From: Candidatus Uhrbacteria bacterium
GTDB lineage: Bacteria > Patescibacteriota > Patescibacteriia > UBA9934 > GWF2-40-263
NCBI GenBank assembly: GCA_903843045.1
Contig: CAIMOJ010000017.1
Span: 1 to 54,038 of the forward strand
DNA: 54,038 nucleotides
Direction: 5' to 3'
The position numbers were made by a program, and so were the translations under genes. Positions 48,174-54,038 of this stretch are shown in pieces (position 1 is the first letter of the stretch; each line of letters starts with the position of its first letter). A model generated the notes under the pieces. The model was not told the origin of the DNA, made no database searches, and saw nothing but the letters and a program-made list of their open reading frames with translations.

Positions 48174-49517
48174 ATGAGACGCAGTTCCGTTGCCGAGATC
48201 CTCTCATTCCCAGGCGAATGCCCCGCTTCCGTGTTCGAGCCATTCGTCCGCGTGGCGGCGGCGCTCGGTCCGTACGAGGAGTTTGCCCCTTCCACGACCA
48301 ACGCGATCGAGTGGGACGATCACTTCGCCCTGGTGAGCCTGATGCAGTCGGCGGGGGTGTTCGACACCGCGTTCCAGAGCGCGCTCTGGTCGACCGTCAT
48401 CCGGATGCGCAGGCATCTGGACGCGTCCGGAGGACACCTGAAGGCCAGGCGGCTCCGCGACTATGACCGGATGACCGATCGGTTCCACCGTCTCGTGACG
48501 CGGGCATACAACGCTCTGCGCGATTCGGGAAGGCCTCTCGCCGTTCTGTTCCTCCGAGAGGTTCTGCTCGCGGCGCACGTATTCTCGTTCTCGGAGCAAA
48601 TCAAGCGCGTCGGATTTTCCGATGCCAAGAAGATCTCGCTGGCGAACGAGAAGGAAGGGACGACCCCCTTGCTGCGGCGCTCCATCAACTGGTACTCCGT
48701 CGCGGGGGCGTCGTATCCGCTCAAGCCCCTTGAGCTGCTCGTTCGCACCGGGAGCGAGGCGTTCGGCCTGCTGCGCGAGAGCGTCTTCGAGCCAACCGCG
48801 CCAGCCGGCGTCCTGTCGAGTCGCGTGGTAATGACCGACAAGTCCAGAAATAAGTATTACGCGCGGTTCCATGCGTACGAGCGGATGAACCCGATGTCGC
48901 TCATCTCGTTCGACCTGGTGAACGCGCGTGGGCAGACGGTCATCGAGGGCGATATCTCGCGGGTGAACGGAGCGGTTCTCGGGGCGGGCATGCGCCTGCT
49001 TCCGATCGTCACCCCGTACCTTCTGTACGGGAAGGGGAGCACCTATGACGTCCTGCGCCTGAAGACGCTTCTTGCGCTGGAGCAATGCGTCCTCGAAGGC
49101 GCCCTTTGCGAGCGGTCGTTCATCGACGAGGGGGATGACGATTTCCTCGGGAGCGGTGAGGCGTATGATCCGGGGCGCGCGGAGGCTGACGACGCCGGCC
49201 TCGAGGCCTTTGCAATCGCGACGGGTCCCGACGATTCGGCGTCGGAGTCCGTGCCCATCGTGGATCTCACGGAATCGTCCCGGCATCCCGCGCTTCTGTT
49301 TCGCCGTCTGAGCTGGCAGCGCATCATGCGCGGTTTCGTCCGGTACGGCGTCGATGTCTCGTTCGGCGGATCGCACCCGAAGCTGTTTCACAACGGCGTC
49401 ACGACGCGGTTCCTCAACCCCCACGAGACCGACACGCACCGCAACCGCCATGAGCTCTTCCGCGCCCTCCGCGAGCTCAACATCGACCGTCACGACTTCT
49501 TCGCCGCCCTTCGCTAG
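48174..49517 (+). CDS. Hypothetical protein with C-terminal HicA-like domain
   Basis: GGAGG RBS; C-terminal WQRIMRGFVRYGVDVSFGGSHPKL..NPH after an acidic linker. Confidence 0.55.
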   Translation: MRRSSVAEILSFPGECPASVFEPFVRVAAALGPYEEFAPSTTNAIEWDDHFALVSLMQSAGVFDTAFQSALWSTVIRMRRHLDASGGHLKARRLRDYDRMTDRFHRLVTRAYNALRDSGRPLAVLFLREVLLAAHVFSFSEQIKRVGFSDAKKISLANEKEGTTPLLRRSINWYSVAGASYPLKPLELLVRTGSEAFGLLRESVFEPTAPAGVLSSRVVMTDKSRNKYYARFHAYERMNPMSLISFDLVNARGQTVIEGDISRVNGAVLGAGMRLLPIVTPYLLYGKGSTYDVLRLKTLLALEQCVLEGALCERSFIDEGDDDFLGSGEAYDPGRAEADDAGLEAFAIATGPDDSASESVPIVDLTESSRHPALLFRRLSWQRIMRGFVRYGVDVSFGGSHPKLFHNGVTTRFLNPHETDTHRNRHELFRALRELNIDRHDFFAALR

Positions 49518-49596
49518 GGGCGGTATTTTTTTAGGCGGTATCTATTGGGTTTCGCAACCGAAACGACCGTCCGCATTGGACGGCCGCTTTTGTTTC

Positions 49597-52575
49597 CTAC
49601 GGCTTCGTCGTCGCAAATGGGTCGAGCGTCGGAAGCGGCGCCGGCGGGACGACCGGGGCGGTCGCGTCCGTCGTCGGAATCGTCGCGTCCGGCGGGGGAA
49701 CCGTCGAGGGCTTTGTCACGTGGACGATGATCCCGGAGGTCTCCAGATGGTCGCCTCCGCCTTTCGGAACCGCGACTGCGCTGAGGGCCCAGTCTCCGGA
49801 CTGCGGCAACTGCCACGTAAAGGTCAGGAAGGGGCTTGAGGGGTCGTATTTGGTCTCCACGAGGCTCTTGTTGCCGTTGCCGATCTCCTGGGCATAGACG
49901 CTCACGTTCGAGAACTGCGTCGGGTCCTGGAGCGACGTCACGATCGTGTACGTCTCGGCGGTGCGCTCGATGGTCTGGCCGCTCTTCGGGTCGATCATCT
50001 CGAACCCGGTCGCGGCGGCTTCGGAGTTGACCTTGATCCCGACGGTGTCGGATCCGCTGTTGTCGGCGTCGTCGTACGCGACGGCCTTCAGCGTGTGGTA
50101 GCCGCGGCTGAGCGTGTTCGGGATCGTCGCGAATAGCTGCCACGGGTACGACGTGTCGGCTCCGAGGAAGTATCCGTCCACGTAGAACTCGACGCGTCTC
50201 ACGCCGCGCGGGGCGTCGGCCTCCGTGGCGATATCGATCGAACGCGCGTCGAACTCCGCGTCCCTGGCCGGCGAGGTGAGGCGGACGACCGGAAGGTTGG
50301 CCGGCACGTGAACGTCGTCAAACTCGGTCGGCGCGGAGGCCTGCACGATCTGGGTTCCCGTCTCAAGCTCGCGCTTCGCGATCCAGTCGGCGATCCCTTT
50401 TTCCCATGCGGCATAGAACGGGTCGGCGGTCGGGTCCGTCGGGGCCGGCCCGAGCGGATTCGCGCGGTCGACGTAGTGGAGGATCGAGTGATACTCGGCG
50501 TATGTCCGCTCTTCCTTTTTCGATGCCGGCGTGTACTCGGTCGCGAGCTTGCCCGAGAAGGTGTCGACCGTGACGGTCGTGGCCGGCATGATCCCGTCGA
50601 TCACGGACTTGCCGGTAATCGGGATGTTCGGGGCCGTGAAATAATCGATCGGCTTTCCGGCGAGGGCGCGCGACATGAACCCGTACCAGATCGGGGCCGC
50701 GACGATCGAGCCGTCCGAGCCCTTCCTCATCGGGACGTACTTGTTGTTTCCCACCCAGACTCCGGTCACGATCGACGGGGTGTATCCCATCGTCCATGCG
50801 TCGTAGAAGTCGTTCGTCGTTCCCGTCTTCGCCGCCACGGGGCGGTCGGAGAGGTGGAGTAGGTTGTTCGGGCCGAACACGGCCTCGCGCGCCGGCTCGT
50901 CGGAAAGGACGTTCGACGTCATTCTCGCGACGTTCGGGTCGAGCACGTTCTTGCCCGGGTCGGCCTTCCATTCGTCGAGCACGGTTCCGTCCGCCCCCTC
51001 CACCTTCAGGATCGAGACGGCCGGGTGTCGGACGCCCTCGTTCGCAAGCGTCGCGAACGCGTCCGCATGCTCGAGCAGCGTGACCTCGCCGGCGCCGATG
51101 CCGACCGAGAGTCCGAAGCGCGAGCGGTCGCCGAACGTCGTATATCCCATGCGCTCCGCGAAGTCGAGCACTCCCGAGACGCCCACGAGGTAGGTCATCT
51201 CAATGGCCGGGAGGTTGAGCGAGCTTTGGAGCGAATTGCGCACTCGGAGCGGTCCGCGCTCTCCAAGGTCGTAGTCGAACGGCTGGTACGGCTTGTCGTT
51301 CCCGTTCGGGAACGACGTGTTCACGTCCCACATGATCGTGTTCGGCGTGTATCCCTTCTCGAATCCAGACGTGTACACCATCGGCTTGAAGCTGGACCCC
51401 GGCTGGCGAGGACGCAGCGCGACGTTTACCTGGCCGTCGATCGCGTCGTCGAAGTAGTCCTTGCTTCCGACCATTGCCAGCACCTGCCCGGTCTTCGGAT
51501 CCATGGAGACGAGCGCGCCGTTCGTAAAGCCGTACTTCTCGCCCTTCGCCTCGACGCCCTTCGTCACCTCCTCCTCCGCGATGGTCTGGAGGTCGTAGTC
51601 GAGCGAGGTCGTCACCTTCAGCCCGCCGTTTTCCGCCGCGTATTGGCCATATTTGTCCTCCAGCTGCTGCTTCACGTAGAAGACGAAGTGCGGGGCGTGG
51701 ATGTTCGAGACCTTCGCGTTGAGCGAGTTGTCCTCGGCCTTGGCCACGATCGACTCGTCCTTCGTAATGAACCCCTGGTCGACCATTCCGTCCAGGATCC
51801 AGTCGCGCCGTGCCGACAGCATGTCGGGGTTGTTGATGTAGGTGGTCGGTGCCTTCGGGATTGCCGCGAGCGTCGCTATCTCGCCGAGCGTCAGGTCCTT
51901 GACCTGCTTGCCGTAGAAGTTCTGCGACGCGGCCTGGATGCCATAGTACGTGGAACCGTACGGGATTTCGTTGAAGTAGATCTGCAGGATCTCGTCCTTG
52001 GAATAGCGGCGTTCCAGCTCGATCGCCACGATCAGCTCCTTTACCTTGCGGCTGATGCTCTTCTCGTTCGAGAGAATCGCGTTCTTCACGAGCTGCTGCG
52101 TCAGCGTCGATCCGCCCCCGCGCGTCCCGCCGAACAGGACGGCGCGCGCCAGCCCCTTGAGATCGTATCCCGGGTGCGTGCAGAACCCGCGGTCCTCGGC
52201 CGTGATCGTCGCCTCGAGCATCTTGAGCGGGATGCCGTTCGGATCGGTCTCGAACGACGGGTCGTCCTTGCAGAACCCTTCCTGCGTCTTCACGAGCGTC
52301 CGGTTCTGGTCGCCGTACACCTCGTAGAGGAGGTGCGTCCCCGTGCGGTCGAAGATTTTGGTCGTCTGCGAGATCTTGCGCTCGGTGAGCTGTGCCGGGT
52401 CGGGAAGGTTGCGCGAATAGAACGCAAACGCGCCAAGAACGCCGAGCGATCCCATGATCCCGAGGAGAATGACGACGAGGAAGGCGTTCTTGAGAATGCC
52501 GCGTGACAGCAGCCGGTTCCAAAGACGTCCCGACCTGCCGTGCTTCTTCCAGCTCCGCATTTTATAATCACCCAT
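49597..52575 (-). CDS. Class A penicillin-binding protein (PBP1A family) with C-terminal Ig-like domain
   Basis: AEDRGF..H.G, GGSTLTQQLVKN, RKVKE, GSSFKP, SLN, KTGT, VEFYVDG. Confidence 0.93.
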   Translation of the reverse strand: MGDYKMRSWKKHGRSGRLWNRLLSRGILKNAFLVVILLGIMGSLGVLGAFAFYSRNLPDPAQLTERKISQTTKIFDRTGTHLLYEVYGDQNRTLVKTQEGFCKDDPSFETDPNGIPLKMLEATITAEDRGFCTHPGYDLKGLARAVLFGGTRGGGSTLTQQLVKNAILSNEKSISRKVKELIVAIELERRYSKDEILQIYFNEIPYGSTYYGIQAASQNFYGKQVKDLTLGEIATLAAIPKAPTTYINNPDMLSARRDWILDGMVDQGFITKDESIVAKAEDNSLNAKVSNIHAPHFVFYVKQQLEDKYGQYAAENGGLKVTTSLDYDLQTIAEEEVTKGVEAKGEKYGFTNGALVSMDPKTGQVLAMVGSKDYFDDAIDGQVNVALRPRQPGSSFKPMVYTSGFEKGYTPNTIMWDVNTSFPNGNDKPYQPFDYDLGERGPLRVRNSLQSSLNLPAIEMTYLVGVSGVLDFAERMGYTTFGDRSRFGLSVGIGAGEVTLLEHADAFATLANEGVRHPAVSILKVEGADGTVLDEWKADPGKNVLDPNVARMTSNVLSDEPAREAVFGPNNLLHLSDRPVAAKTGTTNDFYDAWTMGYTPSIVTGVWVGNNKYVPMRKGSDGSIVAAPIWYGFMSRALAGKPIDYFTAPNIPITGKSVIDGIMPATTVTVDTFSGKLATEYTPASKKEERTYAEYHSILHYVDRANPLGPAPTDPTADPFYAAWEKGIADWIAKRELETGTQIVQASAPTEFDDVHVPANLPVVRLTSPARDAEFDARSIDIATEADAPRGVRRVEFYVDGYFLGADTSYPWQLFATIPNTLSRGYHTLKAVAYDDADNSGSDTVGIKVNSEAAATGFEMIDPKSGQTIERTAETYTIVTSLQDPTQFSNVSVYAQEIGNGNKSLVETKYDPSSPFLTFTWQLPQSGDWALSAVAVPKGGGDHLETSGIIVHVTKPSTVPPPDATIPTTDATAPVVPPAPLPTLDPFATTKP

Positions 52576-52766
52576 AATACGTTCTATCCTAGCCGAAATA
52601 GGTTGTTTTGAACAGTTCGACAAAGGCTCACTGTCTACGACAGTACGTTGCGGGAACCGCCGCGATATGATATTCTTTCGCAGCTCCCAAACGGGGATCA
52701 TTTGTTTCAGCGGTACGTGGACATTCCCTGCGATCTGGTTCGAGAGGGCCGGAGGAATCGCGCGGT

Positions 52767-53306
52767 ATGCCCAATGTGTCGTCGATGGTGTGGAAAAAGC
52801 TCCTTCGCAAGCACGCGAACGATCTTGTAATTGGCGTTGTGTCCGGGCTGGTCATCGCCAACGTTTTTTTTCTGAACGCGGCCTCCGCCGACGTCGATAC
52901 GGGCCCGCACTATCCCGAGTCGTCCACGGTCGCGCTCCTGATTGCCGCGATGCAGAACGAGACGCGAACGTACGGCGACCTTCCGATCGCCGACAACGCC
53001 GCGCCGCGCCGGACGTTCACGATTCCCGTCTCGGCCTACACCTCGGAGTCGGCGCAGACCGACGCGACCCCGTGCATCGCCGCCCGCGGATTCGACCTCT
53101 GCGCGCACGGCGAGGAGGACGTCGTTGCGACGAACTTCCTTCCGATGGGAACGAAGATCCGAATCCCCGAGCTGTACGGCTCTCGCGTCTTCACGGTCGT
53201 CGACCGCATGAACGCACGATACGACAGGCATCTCGACATTTGGATGAAGACGTACGCGGATGCGAAGAGCTTCGGACGCAAGCGCGCGATGATCGAGGTG
53301 TTCTAA
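52767..53306 (+). CDS. 3D (Asp-Asp-Asp) domain protein
   Basis: SAYTS..QTD.TPCI.A.G, VATNFLP.GTKIRI, V.DRM, LDIWM; N-terminal transmembrane segment. Confidence 0.85.
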   Translation: MPNVSSMVWKKLLRKHANDLVIGVVSGLVIANVFFLNAASADVDTGPHYPESSTVALLIAAMQNETRTYGDLPIADNAAPRRTFTIPVSAYTSESAQTDATPCIAARGFDLCAHGEEDVVATNFLPMGTKIRIPELYGSRVFTVVDRMNARYDRHLDIWMKTYADAKSFGRKRAMIEVF

Positions 53307-53462
53307 AGTCTGTCGGCTTAAATCGGACAAAAAAGACAAACAGAAAACGGCTCCGTTGGGCCGTTTTTTCGTTTTAGCCAAATTTTCGACGTAAAAATAT
53401 TGATAGGATCAACGATCGATCGGATACTGGATGCAGATCGTTAACCCCATCTTGAAAATCCT

Positions 53463-54038
53463 ATGTGCGGAATTGTCGGATACGTCGGAAAGCGTCAGGC
53501 CCTGCCGGTGCTTATGGACGGGCTGCGGCGGATGGAATATCGCGGGTATGATTCCGCGGGGGTCGCGGTGATGGACGAGAATGATCTCCGCGTCGCGAAA
53601 TCCGTCGGAAAGGTCCGCGCGCTTTCGGATTCGCTCGCCGACAAGACCGTTGCCGGGACGCTTGGCATCGCGCACACGCGGTGGGCGACGCACGGGGTGC
53701 CGAGCGAGGCGAACGCGCATCCGCACGTGAGCTGCGACGGGCGGGTGGCGCTGGTGCACAACGGGATCATTGAGAACTATGCGGAGCTCCGCGCCGAGCT
53801 GACGGCCGCCGGACACGCGTTTGCATCGGAAACGGACACGGAAACGTTGGCGCACCTCGTGGAACATCTCATGAAATTTCCCGGAACGACGCTCGCTGAC
53901 GCGGTGCGCTCCGCCGTCCGCCGCGTGCGGGGAACGTTCGGCCTTGCGGTCGTTTCCGCGGATTATCCCAATGAAATCGTTGTCGCGCGGCTCGGAAGCC
54001 CGATCGTCATCGGCGTCGGTGACAACGAGTATCTCGTC
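53463..54038 (+). CDS. glmS: Glutamine-fructose-6-phosphate aminotransferase (partial, runs off the window)
   Basis: MCGIVGY, EYRGYDSAG, GIAHTRWATHG, NAHPH, HNGIIENY, SETDTE. Confidence 0.96.
   Translation, partial: MCGIVGYVGKRQALPVLMDGLRRMEYRGYDSAGVAVMDENDLRVAKSVGKVRALSDSLADKTVAGTLGIAHTRWATHGVPSEANAHPHVSCDGRVALVHNGIIENYAELRAELTAAGHAFASETDTETLAHLVEHLMKFPGTTLADAVRSAVRRVRGTFGLAVVSADYPNEIVVARLGSPIVIGVGDNEYLV

Overview
High-GC bacterial chromosome segment, probably Patescibacteria/CPR (inferred from the rpmH-rnpA-yidD/dnaA-dnaN block without adjacent yidC, PBP1A with Ig-like tail, 3D-domain protein, and core genes lacking Shine-Dalgarno sites). About 38.0-54.0 kb is core genome around the replication origin (tig, nfo, suhB, yidD, rnpA, rpmH, dnaA, oriC, dnaN, PBP1A, glmS). 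About 1-38 kb is an accessory region of mostly self-contained promoter-gene-terminator units; no integrase, transposase or tRNA was seen. Three things stand out. (1) An 11-gene NrtR-regulated NAD/ADP-ribose recycling cluster (nrtR, pncA, nadD-nadK fusion, ADP-ribosylglycohydrolase, pncB, class II-like prs, Nudix, nucleoside hydrolase, radical SAM, DUF1152-like, nadE), in which 9 of the 10 genes downstream of nrtR are preceded by the same covarying stem-loop (TCTTT...stem-loop...GAAGA). (2) Two degenerate MORC/GHKL-like paralogs, each bracketed on both sides by 130-160 bp palindromes built from 8-bp-periodic CGGA/TCCG units. (3) A third, larger GHKL ATPase gene with an intact ExxxN motif, split by a 1-bp frameshift. 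All calls were made by eye from motifs; no database searches were run.
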